Source: Phoronis australis (lineage: Eukaryota > Animalia > Phoronida). From it: a stretch of DNA of 64,000 nt. The notes under the pieces were generated by a model, which searched no databases, had not been told where the DNA came from, and saw only the letters and a list, made by a program, of their open reading frames with translations. Position 1 is the stretch's first letter. Every line of letters begins with the position of its first letter. Location of the stretch: NCBI GenBank assembly GCA_002633005.1, contig NMRA01000295.1:481633-545632 (forward strand), given 5' to 3'. This document shows, piece after piece, positions 12,429 through 25,790 of the stretch. Position numbers and translations under genes: made by a program.

Positions 12429-15143
12429 TAGCGAGGACAGCATTCTTCAGCGAATCGCTTCGCGTATCTGTCACCGTGTTAAATTCGCTCATTACAATCG
12501 GCAAAAAATAACTCAAAAATGTAATAAATGTGAATAAAAATTATTGAAAACTATGAAAGAATATATTGTTTTACTTATCTGATAAGCTTTTTTTGTCGCA
12601 AAATTCGTTTAATAATACTTTGCACGAGTTTTTTGCAAGGACGTGACCGATTTTTCAGACCAAAATGGATGCCGGTAAAAATGAGTGCTATTTGGTTTTC
12701 AACCCAGGAGAAGACTAAACTCGCGAATTTTTACGTGAAACTTCGTGAAAGAACAAAAGGGAGCCTTGCGAACACGATTATGTAAGTAGTTTTCACTTTC
12801 CTGCACTTAAAAGTTGAAAAAGTCGCCTGTTCCCGCGACCTTCAACTTCGAGCTGAATTTATTGGTATATAGAATAATTTGCGAATGTAATGAACTGTAT
12901 TCCGCACTAAAGGGTTCATTAATGAACTATTTCAAACACTTGTTCTAAACGAACATTTCGTCAATTTCTGACAATCGGGCGAATTTCTGACTCACTTCGT
13001 AGTTCCGGGTACTGCCGCTAGGGGTGGTCCTGTGAATCGCGTTGAATGTTTGGTTTACAATACTGAAGCACTTCAACTTTTGCTGATGAAAACTCAATGT
13101 AAAAGAGAACTAAACAGTCATTTCTCGTAGTGAGAACAATGATTCTTATATTTAAGTTTTTTTTTACTATTTTGCTTCACATTTTTGTTGGTCAAGCCAC
13201 TGATAGACTTGGGTTGGCTTGCTGCCAGAGAGGTCCACACCCATCTTGCCTTGTTGGTCATGACATTTTATTCAGAATATGTCAAGATAGAAAATGAAAA
13301 TGTTTTAATTTTAGATTAAACAAATATTACAAATGTACAGTTCTACTGCAGTCCTGTGTTTCCAAGACTTTGTGGTCCACTACTTTGAAACATACATGCT
13401 TTCGATAAACTTTTTTTCTGACCACGGGCCAGTATATATAGTTTTTAACGGAACAATTGAGGTTTGCCTAGACTGTTCATAAATCTCACCCTGATCTTTA
13501 TCCTCCAGGTAAGCTTTGTTGGAATTTACTGTGGACCAAACCAGTTGTTATTTTCTTCATTATTTTTGTTCTTATAATTTCACTCCTGTTTTGAGTTTCT
13601 ATCTTCATCATGTCTCACATTTCTTTCTCAACAGACTCTGCTTCTAGCTCTTGGTCCAGATCCTTCTACTTTCCTGCTTCTACTGATTCTACTTGCATTT
13701 TATCAGTTATTCAGTTGGACATGATCTCATAGACAAACGGTCAAAGCCTCCTTCATTTTGGCTCTCCCCTCCACCTATCGGACTGTGCTTTTCAGCTCCT
13801 GATGCTGTTGAGGAGTCCGCGAAGAAGTACCATATGCCAACACCACCTCTTAAGACACTGTCAGACAAATACTGACATGACCTATCTAGCTATTTCTTTT
13901 TTCTTTTCACAACCTTGTAGTTTAATAGTATTATGTCACCTTTGTTAAAATGTGCATAATTTCCAAGTAGGGTAACATTTTCGCATAACACTGTTCAAAT
14001 AATTATGAATTATAGTATTCTTTCAGGTCCTCGGATATCTGTCTTGGTTTAATATCACAACGAAGATGAGGCTATCTACTCCTTTCGGCTGATTGATGAC
14101 TTTGGTCAAAGGGACTTCGAAGTGCTGGAATAACTCAGTGTTGCATAGTAGATACTCCAATGCCTTATGATAGTCAGAAAGGGTTTGGCCCCCTTCCTTG
14201 AGGATACCACAGGTCTGTGTAAGGAACTCCACTGAGCGTCTGTTTACTGGAAGGTACTCCACTGCCAATTGTCACAGAAAGGGTTTGGCCCCTCCTTCCT
14301 TGAGGATGCCTTGAGAACTTTATTTATCTGTCCATCATAAATTCTTTTTTGTGTTCATATCACTTGAGACAATTTTAGGATTATGAATATTCCAGTTGTT
14401 GGTTTTATAGCATGAACATTCCTGGATGGCTCATGACAGGGTCTTCATTTTATTACATTGTTGTGGAAAGTTTATGTAAAAGTTTTATTTATTATATGTC
14501 TTTCAGAAGCTTGTATTAAAATGTTCTATATATCATACTTGTCATCAATACATTTTTGAAATGATGTTTGTTTATCTTTGATTTTTACTTAATGTAATTG
14601 AGTGACAAAGTTAAGCCGGTTTCAAACAGCATGATTGTTAAAAACAATATCACAAATAATATTAATAATTTGCTCAACCAATTATCAAGTTTCAACTTTC
14701 CTGATGAAAAATCTTTAAAATGATACCTCATTTGTTTTTTTTTTCCTGGAGTAATTGTTATTTTATGAAAATTCGAAATCGCAAAATTGTACGTAGTAAC
14801 TTCTCTTTGTCGGCTGTGTTGACTTTAAGGTCAATATCTTCGCACAGGAACGTCTAATCGAAATGGTTCTTTGGCAAATTATTCATCATAAAAAGTTCTT
14901 TAAAATGATGTATTACATGTCTATTTACGTTTCTTAGTTTTGAAATAATAATATTTTGAACTCGCAGATTCGATTTGACAGAATTTTTACCAAAAATTTT
15001 GACACGAAAATGACATTTTCTCCGGAACCATCAGTCCAATTTAAAAAATTTTACTATCGTTATTTTAGTCTCGAAAAGAGCTTTCTAATGATGTATATTA
15101 CATGCACATTTTCTAAAATTTTTGAAAAATGCTGTTCTCCCTA
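12429..15143. mobile_element. 2.7-kb non-autonomous DNA transposon with TAG...CTA termini and a 7-bp TSD (hAT-like, possibly hATw)
   Basis: Left end tagcgaggacagcattcttca vs reverse complement of right end tagggagaacagcatttttca (18/21 identical); actgaac duplicated exactly at 12422-12428 and 15144-15150. Confidence 0.75.
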
Positions 15144-15722
15144 ACTGAACGCACGCCTGTCTCGACCGACGAACAGAGGACAGAGTCAGAGTCTGAGACA
15201 ACTTCGTTGACTTTTCCACAGCCGCATAGAGGCGAGGAAAAGCTGTTCAAATTAAAATTATGCCTACTGCCCTCACTTTAGTCTTTCGAGCTTTCTCTCG
15301 ATTGAATGAAAAGTGTTGAGCCTGACAACAAGGACCAGAGCGTCGGGGATCTCGGCTTTCACCTGTACAAGTTGCTTAGTAAAAGTGAAACAAACTACAG
15401 CGTTGCAATTGTTTATTTTAACGGTGTACTAGTGCCACCGTTTGGCAAAATCCTAACGGCTGCGATTGCTTGTGGTGCCACGCTCATTCCGTGATACGTT
15501 TCGTTATTTTCCGTACAACTGTGCAAAGGTTAAGTTTGAGAAACAATTTTTCCTCCAAATGGGTCCTTCGTCTTTTTAACGGAACTTTAAGGGACTGTTT
15601 TACAATAGCTTAAAATCATACATTGAAGATTTTAGTTTAAAGATGCCCAGTCAGTTTGTGACCATTCTGCCCGGCCGTGTGCGAAGGGTACTACAATCGG
15701 TCGGGCGAATTTTATAAGTCCT

Positions 15723-16300
15723 CAGCCATTGTTATTTCGTCAATAAAAGGAAACGGAAAGACCGTTTCTTGGCAAAACTATGTTTAACCCCTCACGAATC
15801 ATAGACATTCTTACCTTAAACGATTGAACATTTCTACGATATGTTTTTCACAGTAATATAGGCCTATGGGCGGCGCAGAGGGGTCGGACAAAAATAGTTA
15901 ATAGAAAAATCAAACTTAATTCATAAAAATCAAACCTAAATCGTAATTTTGCCTTAGATAGTTCCTGTTTCCACCTACAGGTTTGGTTTTTACGAATTTG
16001 ATTTGATTTTCCAAACCTGCGGCGGTTTATTTTTACGACTTGACTCTACAAGTTAGGTTTGATTCTCCACTGCAAACACGAATGATTTTTAGGAATTAGG
16101 TTTGATTTTTATGAATTAAGTTTGATTTTTCTATTAAGTATTTTTGCCCTCTCTACAGCCCACATATTACGAAGCTGTAAAAACCTTAACGTCGAGAAAA
16201 TGTTCTATCGAAAAGAATGATTGATTCGTGATTGGATAAACAATGTGAGCATGGAAACGGGCTTTTCGTTTCCTTTTAGTATTGGCCAATTGAAAATGGC
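15723..16300. mobile_element. Long imperfect palindrome (foldback element or nested MITEs)
   Basis: caaaaatagttaatagaaaaatcaaacttaattcataaaaatcaaacctaa (~15888-15938) pairs with ~16097-16146; outer arms taaaaggaaacg...cacgaatca pair with tgattcgtg...cgtttcctttta. Confidence 0.7.
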
Positions 16301-16559
16301 AATATAAATCAGACTTTACAACTGTTTCAGGACATGACTCTGCGTCTTGAGTAATCCTTTTCGTTTCCTTTTAGTCATTAGCCAATTGAAAATGACAATA
16401 TAAATCAGACTTTACAACTGTTTCAGGACATGACTCTGCGTCTTGAGTAATCCTTTTCGTTTCCTTTTAGTATTGGCCAATTGAAAATGACAATATAAAT
16501 CAGACTTTACAACTGTTTCAGGACATGACTCTGCGTCTTGAGTAATCCTTTTCGTTTTC
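16262..16559. repeat. Three tandem copies of a ~94-bp unit (cttttcgtttccttttagtattggccaattgaaaatg...ctctgcgtcttgagtaatc)
   Basis: Direct reading; the unit begins in the right arm of the preceding palindrome. Confidence 0.9.
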
Positions 16560-16930
16560 TTTTTTGTTTTTCATGCGGCTGAGCACATTCTTCCTATGGC
16601 GGTCTGGGCGGTAGTTAAGTATATGTATACCCTCCTAGGCTAGTATTTAGGGTGCACCAAGTAATTAAGCATTAACTTGCCCCAGTTGATTTCAATACAG
16701 ATGTAACAGTCTATGTATATTAATTAGACTTCGTGTGCACGTCACACGTGTAAGCGTTGTCCGAATTCCCGCCAGTATATCATCCACCCGCGGAGCTCCA
16801 CATTGAATGTTGGAGATGATCCCGTTACTATGACGCACGGCGGATGTTGAATTTCAACCGTCTAAATTTCAGCGACACTTCCCTAAGACATCGCTCTAAA
16901 CAACTAGACAACACTCAGAAAAGTGATTTT

Positions 16931-16988
16931 CATAGGCGGCGCACCACTAATGCCCCTCCCCACTTTTTTCAGTGCTGCGCCGCCCATG
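16931..16988. mobile_element. 58-bp mini inverted-repeat element (cataggcggcgcacca...tgctgcgccgcccatg); relatives at ~62806-62942
   Basis: Inverted termini; atttt on both flanks; the ccacttttttcagtgctgc(a/g)ccgcc tail recurs near 62915. Confidence 0.55.
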
Positions 16989-19900
16989 ATTTTCTACTGA
17001 AATTTTGGCGCCCAGGAAACTTTTTTGCCGTTTTGAAACTACTGAGTAAACCTATGATGAAACATTTACAGCATGCATTAAATACAAAATTAACTTATCG
17101 CGGTTTAAAAACACGTTATACAAAGCGATATTTTGAAGGAAATAAAATATGCACTGAAATTTTATCCCGTTATTGCAGACTAGATTACAGCGACATACGC
17201 GTAGATGACAACATTCGAGAGGATATGCCAGAAATTTGTCTTTAATTGTAATCCTGAGCGGACAACGGACAAACGCGTATCTGAATGTAATATGGGGGTC
17301 TTGGGTAGGCTCGGTATATCGACATTGCCAACTGCAGCGGGAAGAGAGATGGTGGTGCGGCAATTATGATTGGTGACTGACAGCATTGGCGTCCAAGCAC
17401 TACCATGCGAGCGCTCTCTTTTAGCCTATACAAATTGCTGCGGACATTTGCCTTTAATATCTAGTGATAGACTACCTTGTCGACAATGTCAAAATCAGTT
17501 TTTCACTTTTCATGAGCAGTCTAAAGAGAAAACACTTCCCGAATGACGTACAAAAAAAAAACAAAGATCTCAAATCTTTGGAAAATAACTCATTAATAAC
17601 TGTAGTCTTTCGGCGGCAGGGTATCGTACTTCAAGTGCTTATGCGGGTAATGTTGAATGATGAATGGAGACAAGATTGTCGTACTGGCGCTGATTCATGC
17701 CTTGTGTCCACTATAACAAAGAAGTTACTGCGTTTTTACTAAGAATTAGTTGAAGCCTAGGATGATAAAATTTGGAAGCCGTACATATAACCTGACGTGT
17801 ATCTCGTGGTTAAAGTACTGAAAGTGGAACTTACAACACCTGCATTGAGTTAAATGTACGCAACGTAACGTTGCATCTTAGTTGTTACGTGTATTGAAAA
17901 CCTAGTGCGTCGCTCACTGTTTAGCACATTAAGTAATGGTGCTCCCGAAAGCGGTACAAAGTTGACGCTAGCTTTGCGAATTATCATCAAAAGGTCCATT
18001 GTTTTAGAAATTCGAACCTTCCTTTGGGTAATCCTGGCTACGGCCTGATATGACCCAACATGTACGTAAAAGAGAACCTACTTCTAGCTGCCGTTCGCAT
18101 GCACAACGGGTTGAACGCTTTGGCCCCTGTGTAACAGTTCCAACACATCGGATGGGTAGATGCTTGCAGTTGGTCACACGGTCTCCTCGGTTGAAACTTT
18201 TACGACAAGAAATTTTTTCGATATTGTGGTGTTGTTCGGTCCTGTCGTGCCAATTTTGGTAGCCATGAGTTGAAATTTTCGTCCTGATTTATATAATTAA
18301 TAAAGTCAAAGGTCCTGTCCGAGATAAATTTTCGGTCCTGATGTGATAAATTTTGATCTTGCATATGCAGAGTTCATAGCCCTGAACGAATCCCGTATTC
18401 CGTTTTTTCTTTAGTAAAAGGTTCACATCCTCAAAAATTCGAGCCCACCTATATTTTAGGCTGGGTGCACGCATGCCGTGTTTGTAGTATGCACGGGAAA
18501 TGCGAGCAAACGATTCAGTTTTGAAGAACAAAAATTCTTTGCGAAATACAAACATCAAGTAAGTGCAAAGAGAACATTTCTAATTTGATGACCAATGAGA
18601 TTATATTTGTTTAAGTACTTAAACTTCTTTTTCGATCTATGGTTTGTAAACTTAAACCCAGTAATCTAGTTCTAACAATTTGTTGTCATTTGAATTGTGA
18701 GAATATGTCGGGACACTTTGTAGATGTGTTCGAAATTCATCAATTTCCTTGAGACTTATTTCACATAGACAAAAATCGTTTAGTGTACTTTTTATATTTA
18801 GGGATCTGGTGATAGATCGAATTTTCCCAATTTCGGCCTGCAACTAAGTTCATTGAAGCATTGTCATTTCTTTCAAGATTAGCTTCTAATTGTCAAAAAA
18901 TCACCTCTCAATCTGTCCATTTTCATAGATACATAAACATGTAAATCAGAAACGAACAATCAAATCCTTGAGCAATGCGTTTACCTTGATTTAATGACTT
19001 AGTTCCTTTTTGATCCCCTGTGTGAGTTTAAACAGCAAATTTTGTACCGAAGTAAAAAAGCAATTCATTTATTGCCGTTTCAATTGTGAGTAAAATTTTG
19101 GGAAGTGTTAAAATTTCATCAATATCTTTAAGAATTATTTTAGATAAGCAAAAACGTCCAAGTGCATTTTCCTATTTGTTTTTTTCCGTATTCAGGCGTC
19201 AAGTTAATTCCCTGAATCGTAATCATTTCTTAAAAGATTAGCTTGTAGGGCCAAAAATCAGATATTAACCTGTCGGTTTTCGTAAATACATTAACATGTA
19301 AATTAGAAACCAACGGATTTGTTGATCAAAATGGAATATTATAAGCATTTTCCGCAGGCATGCTCGCAGATTTTTGAGAGATATCCGGGAAAAATAGGGC
19401 ATTCATAGTAAGGGGAATTTTTGCTCATTTCCGAGGTACTTACAGCGGTTCATGAGTTGCACTTGACCTCAAAATTGAAATATTTGTTTATTATTGCCAG
19501 TATTTGAGTACACTCGTTCAACATGTACACGGTCACCCCAATCGTAGCCTCGACAGCAATGTTTTCCACATTCTTGTGATACTATTGGAAACAATAACCG
19601 TGATTATTCTATAACTAACCATCGGAAATAGTCCTTTTGTGTAATTAACAGATAGTGGTCTTCACGTTCTTCAAAATTCCACCCTTTCGATGGCGGTCAA
19701 TCATATTGTATTTTTTCACATTTTTGGTCGAGTCGAATGTCTCGATACTACTGTGCTGAGCACGAATGTTTTGTGTTTTTTCATGAATTTGGAATCTCAG
19801 CTTCCCTCGTGAATACTTGGCAGTGTCCGGCAGACTTACATGTATAGAGGGACAACGGGACATTTCCCCGAACTGCTCCACCGCGAGAGAGGGTCCCGTC

Positions 19901-22900
19901 TGAAATGGGACACCTTAATTATGAAAGGCTAACCATCATTGAGCTTCACAGTGACAATTCATTCCCGAGACAGTCGTGTGGACACAAGACGGTGCAGGAA
20001 GTGACCTTCCTCAACATATGAAAGTCGGTTGTACGAGTTCGCGAAAAACAGGACAATAGACGTAATCGAGCCCAACTTTGGGTCTTCTCTCCGTGAGTGG
20101 ACCCGAACTTGTCAATAAAAACATAAAAAAGTGGCCACTTGAATGTCATCAATGGCCTCCTCCATGGGTGGGGCCGAGTCAATATGAAAATATCTATATT
20201 TTGAAAAATCATGAAATGCGAAGCAATTGATGACATCTGTCAGATCATCACTTTTTCTCAAGTGATATACAATTGGAGAAAAAAGCGACATTTGTCTCCG
20301 TTATAGCTTGCCAGTATAGGGGCTCTGGAAAAATGAGGTTTTGCACTCGCAAAATTGACTTATTGAATTTAAAAACCAGTAAATTAATACGCTCCGCAAA
20401 AGCTTTCCCTTTACAATTTTTTTTCGATTTTTCAAAATATATGCATGAAAGATTACGTGCACGTTTTCAATTGCGTTTAGACGATCTGTGTTGCGAAAGC
20501 AGAGACCCAATGCCCGCGGCCCTGGCCAGCCGGGTCTTCACAAACTGGTTAACCATGCACTGATACAGAGTTGTTAAATGTTCTCTTGAATTTTCTCTCT
20601 TATCCGCATTGAGCAGTCTTTCTTTCCTCGACTGTCCACGCCCCACGCGTATGTCTGGGAAGGCACCCGGCCCTAAGCGGCTACAGTACCCCTTCCACGA
20701 CCACGATTGCCGATTTCGCCCGCGAAACCCGGGTTCAATCAATGCCCGACAAAGTCAACGCTTAGCACTGACTTCACTAGGTTACTCTGCATGTTGATTC
20801 AAGTTTCATGGCAAGGTAACGACCGGAACATCGACGGGCAGTGAAAAACTTCGAGCTCTATTGTATAAAATTTTTATGCATCCTGAGTCCAGTCCATTTG
20901 CCGCTTTGGCTTGTAGTTGTAGGCTGGCGATCGGTAAAAAGGCGGGAGATATTGAAAGGCAAGGACACACGGAGATTGCCTAAAACACGCAACACGAAGG
21001 TAATCAAGGTATGCAACAATGTCTATTCTCTAGCGCCTTTCACTGAAAACTGCAGAATTAATCGAACCACTGTGTGTTGTGATCTCGGATGATCGAGGAT
21101 GATGTTACTCATAAACACGAGAAAATCGATTCGTGGCCTTTTGCCAAAGGCGACTAAAATATCGGTATGGCACAGAAAATTTAAAAATCAACAGTCAATA
21201 TAAATACTAAGAAAATAAAATAAAATAAAAGAAAATTCTATACATTTTATTAGGTATTATTATTAGTTTGTGTGGTAAAAATGTAACTGAGTAAAAAATG
21301 AATAAAAATAAGTTTATTTTCTGTTTTACTATTTCTCATTTTATCTCGAACTGTTTTTCCACACAAGCGTGGATATTGAGTGTTGTTAGCGTAGACTACG
21401 TGTTAAATTGTGGCTAAGAATAGGTGTCAGTTTGCTTAATAACGTCCTCATTTAATGCAAAGGTGAGTCAGTAGGTAGTGTGTGCATGCAACCCCTTGTT
21501 TACGTAGTTTTCAAGTAATGTTTCAGTGAATATTTATCAAAGCTATAGACAAACGTATTGTTGGCCCACTCAATCAGTGCCAGTGGCTGCTCACTCGGTC
21601 GTGAATCGTCACTGAACTCGGGTGGACAGGGATTGGGAGGCCAGTTACCCCTTCTTTCAAGACTGTTATAGTTGAATAAAATAAAGGGATGTTTGCTGCT
21701 CAATACTCTGCCACGACAGTCACTGGTCACTGTGTTTAAATTAAAATGGATTGAGGTTATTATTGGTGTATTCGCAAATATTTTGTTGCAAATTCCACGG
21801 GTGCCTTCACTTCAGCCGTCCATATCAAACACAAAACTCGATAAATTTACACAAAACAAGGTTTTAGCAAATCATTAGCAATTGTTCTTCTAATACCATT
21901 CATGGTGTCCTGCTCCAGGGAAATCGCAACAAATTCGCTGTCAAAGCACAAAAATGTTCCCAAAATCAACTCATCGAGCCTCCTTGGATGGTTCGAGGTC
22001 AATGATGGTACGGCAGTTGCCGATTTGTCACAGAGTGTCACGACATCGATAACTCCAGACATTTCGTAAACTTCCGTGATGAACCGGCAATTGCCATCCA
22101 TCCATAACCGAAGTGAGTTCTGTGTTAACCCAGAACTCGTGTCTCATATCAGTTGGAGACAGTTTGATATTCCAATTTTACATCGCAGCGAATGCCCTGG
22201 CAGCTGACACTTGCAAACAGTTTCTGAGTACGGGAAGTGAAATGAGTGGGAGTTTTGTCAGGTTGATGTTAGTTGTAAATCAAATGTGACAAAGCGTTAC
22301 ATGAATATAACTAAGTTCAATGCAATTGTAAGTTGAATATGGATCTGCGGATTTATGAATTTAGAAACAAAGAGGTCCCGTGGCAAGAAATGTGAATGTC
22401 TAACTTGTAGTCTTGTAGAGTAGTTGTGACAATCAGTTCATAGCAGTTGACCTTCAGAGTTGGGTCATTTGAGGCGGTTTAGCAGCAAACATAAATAAAA
22501 ACGTAGGCCTATAACTGAAGCCAGTAAAACTTCCCTAAATTATAATTAGCAGTAATGTGTGGTCATAATTTTCAGTCATTCACGCATGGAAATTGCTGTG
22601 CTGCTGTTTCAGTATTTTTCTAAACCTAGAAGTAATGAGTTTGACGTGGACAATACCTTTTCAAGGTAAATGATTTCATCGTCATGGTTAAGCTAGCATT
22701 GAGTGGATGCTATTCATAATTGACATTCCTCTAAGTTTTTGCGCCCCACTCAGACATAACGCGGGAGCGATGGTTCTGAAAGTCCCGTTAAAGGAGTATC
22801 TTTTCATACATTGGCAAGGGCCTTGAAAATATGAAAAGGGTGTATTAAAATTGCGACATCCTGGAAAGCAGAAATAGGGTACAATTTCTTGGCAGGAAAG

Positions 22901-25275
22901 AGTGGTAATGACTTAAAAGATGTTCTCAAACACGGAACACACCTCACAAGTCAAAAGTTACTTACCGGGACATCACCAAAGTTATGTCACTTAATAGGAG
23001 TCTGATTGAACCACACGTGAGCGCCTGTCACACCACACATGTGATATGAATGTGTCATTTTTCCTTGAAACTTGTAAAGAGGTTCCCGTTTTCCTTGAAA
23101 GTCATTGTTTTGGGCTCAGAAGGGCAGAGAAATTATGCCAAAATCTCTGTCGCTCAACAGCAAAAAACTTAAACTTTCCTCTCAGGGTGATTACTATATG
23201 CGTTCTAAATTAGTGTTAGTCTCGTCACAAGGTGCATAACTTATTTTTGTTAAAAAAATACTGGTGTTTTACCTTGGAGCATTGATTTTGGGTTTTGTCA
23301 GATGGTTATGATGTAACTTCATTTGAAAGTTGACGAAAATGCGTTTAATTATAGAATTTACTGACAACTAGGCCACCTGAGCCAGGTACGTGTTAGCACC
23401 CATGTTTAAACCGCAAAATATCCCNCCCGGAAATAAACGGACAACAAAGGCTTAACCAAAAGAAAATTACAATCATAATTCTTTTGTACAGTCTTTATTA
23501 AACAAGTGTTTCTTATTACTGTTGCAGTTCGTCATTGAAGACTGAGTATCTTGTGAAATTTTCATGTGGGTGAATGATGGCTTTAGTTTAGGTACAGAAC
23601 CGTACGTCTAGGCGTATATGCGTCACTTCCAGGTTCCATTATTTTTGTACTTTATTTTTTGTGCAAAAAGTAAAACTAAAATTTGAGTTTTGGATTTTTA
23701 TACCTAGAAATGTTTTGACATGCTGATTTTCTTAACTCTTGTTTGAATATTGTTATTGCAGTTTTGAGTACTGGTCCAGTTTATAACTAGCTATAATGCT
23801 GCCAAGAGTGCATTCAGCCAGTTATCGCTTGTACTATGGATGTGCCAGCTGAACACTGAGTCACTAAGGTTTGAGTAGTGAAAGATTGTGGTGTGCTGTG
23901 AATAATAGAATTTCGTTAGTGTTTTAAACATGCTTTATTTTCATACTAGGTGCATATTTTACTTTATATTTAACATATACTATTACTCTTACGTTAGCTT
24001 TTTATTCTTGATGTATCATTGGAAATCTGAAGTGCATAAAATTTGCAGTTAACCAGCTTAAATGGAGCTCTGGATTTAGGCGTCTTGGGAGTACCACGAG
24101 CTCTGGGTTCTTAGGTGAAGGCCTGTTGGTTGTTCAGTTAGATATATAAAGTAAAATGACGAGAAAAAATTATGTGACCTACAATACTCTTTTGGTGTCC
24201 TTCCTTGTCCTGGTGTTTGGAGGGATGGTCTGATGGTTATTAAACAGTTGGCCTCTGGAATCGGCACAGATACTGCCTGAGACCAAAATCGTTATCTCAA
24301 TAATGTGATACCTTAAGGTAAGCTACGGAAATATCTCGGGTATATCAGATGTTTTCATTTAAACTGGTATTAATGTAAGTCTTCTTCATGGAAATAAGAA
24401 GTCTCTGATAGATTTCACATGTTTACGAGTAATTAGGATAATTCGTTTGTTTTTGTTTTTAAATGCAACGAATTTTATCCTTTCCTGCAGACCTATTCAA
24501 GCTGTTGTTCATATTACTTTCTGAAGGTGGCACTGTTCATTTCTGGTTTTGGGAAACTAAAAACACAACATGCGTCTAATTGTTGTTAAAATGGAACTGC
24601 AGCATAAATTCAGTTATAATAAGTTTTTCTGGATATCTTGATTTCATTGATTATTTTGTGGTAGTACAACTTAATTTGGTAATTTACAAAACAGAATAAA
24701 ACTGAATTTTTGCACTTATAGCTAAAAGAATTGTTTTTGAAAACAAAAAATTAGGGTCTCTATTGTTAAAGGGTAAAGGTCAGTGTTGCTGATGGATGTA
24801 TGAAACTACCAGGTTTGACGCTCATCTGTTATCAAGTTGTTGTGAGGCTTGCTGCCCAAGAAAATATTCTGAAAAATGAGCCTCATTAAGTTTTCTTAGA
24901 GGCTGCCTAAAATGAGATTCATTTGTAGTTATTACAGGCTACAGCATTAGAAGTGGAAAGCGATATTCTGCACAGTTGATCTTGACAGGTTGTGTTAATG
25001 GCTTCACTTGTGGTTCATTGAATCCCTGTTTCTTGTAAATATGTAGTAGATTGATGGACAGCTGAAATTTAGCACCTTTGAAATTTAGCATAGGTTCTGA
25101 AATTGTATTCGGAAGTGATGTACCTTGGTGTGTTATGTGTCGTGCTGGTGGCAGTCGTGAGACTATGACATGGCGTATTCTTTTTTTGCTGCACTGTGAA
25201 GTACGAAGTACCTCATTTCTGAACTCGTTCTGTACACAGCGGTTTTGGGAAACAGTTCTTTTGTTACCAGTCTTT

Positions 25276-25790
25276 AGGCCCTTTCATATTGACTTAACTC
25301 CGGTCTGAGAGGAGTGTCGAGGTAAACAGCGCAGTCAACTGGACCGTTCATACTGGCTTCGATAGTTAATGACCATCGAAGTAAAGGGTTGGTGACACTG
25401 ACGTCATCGAAGTTATCGCAAGGTAGCGCTGCACAGTGCACGCTAAGATTTTTTTTCAATGTGAGGATTTGGGAACATTTAAATGTGCTAAATGACATTA
25501 AACTCATTTTTAAATCGATTGGTTATCATTAGAGCAAAAAATAAGTAGTTATTAGTGACGGCACTACTCTGTAACTGTTGACGATAACATTGGCACCTGG
25601 CGATAACTTCGATTGGACTGAAGTTAAGCATTCGTACTGCACTGCAGCATCGACGCTGCGCTATTAAATCCTCCTGTTAACTGCGATGTTAACTGGAGCT
25701 GTTAACTGCGATCCAGGACCGGAGTTAAGAGTTCATACTGACCGCAACTCCCCAAAGCATCGACGCTTCGATGTTAGTATGAAAGGCCCT
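25276..25790. mobile_element. PIF/Harbinger-like MITE
   Basis: TIR aggccctttcatattgac / gttagtatgaaaggccct; 3-bp ttt on both flanks; internal inverted cttaactccggtc / gaccggagttaag. Confidence 0.7.

Noticed and set aside
20690-20760. tRNA-like B-box (cccgggttcaatc); similar ggttcgattc on the minus strand near 58230
   Set aside because: No complete cloverleaf or acceptor stem; at most decayed SINE heads
16844-22101. Numerous 60-130 aa ORFs in the intergenic region
   Set aside because: No recognisable domains, no consistent exon chain, and many rely on non-ATG starts
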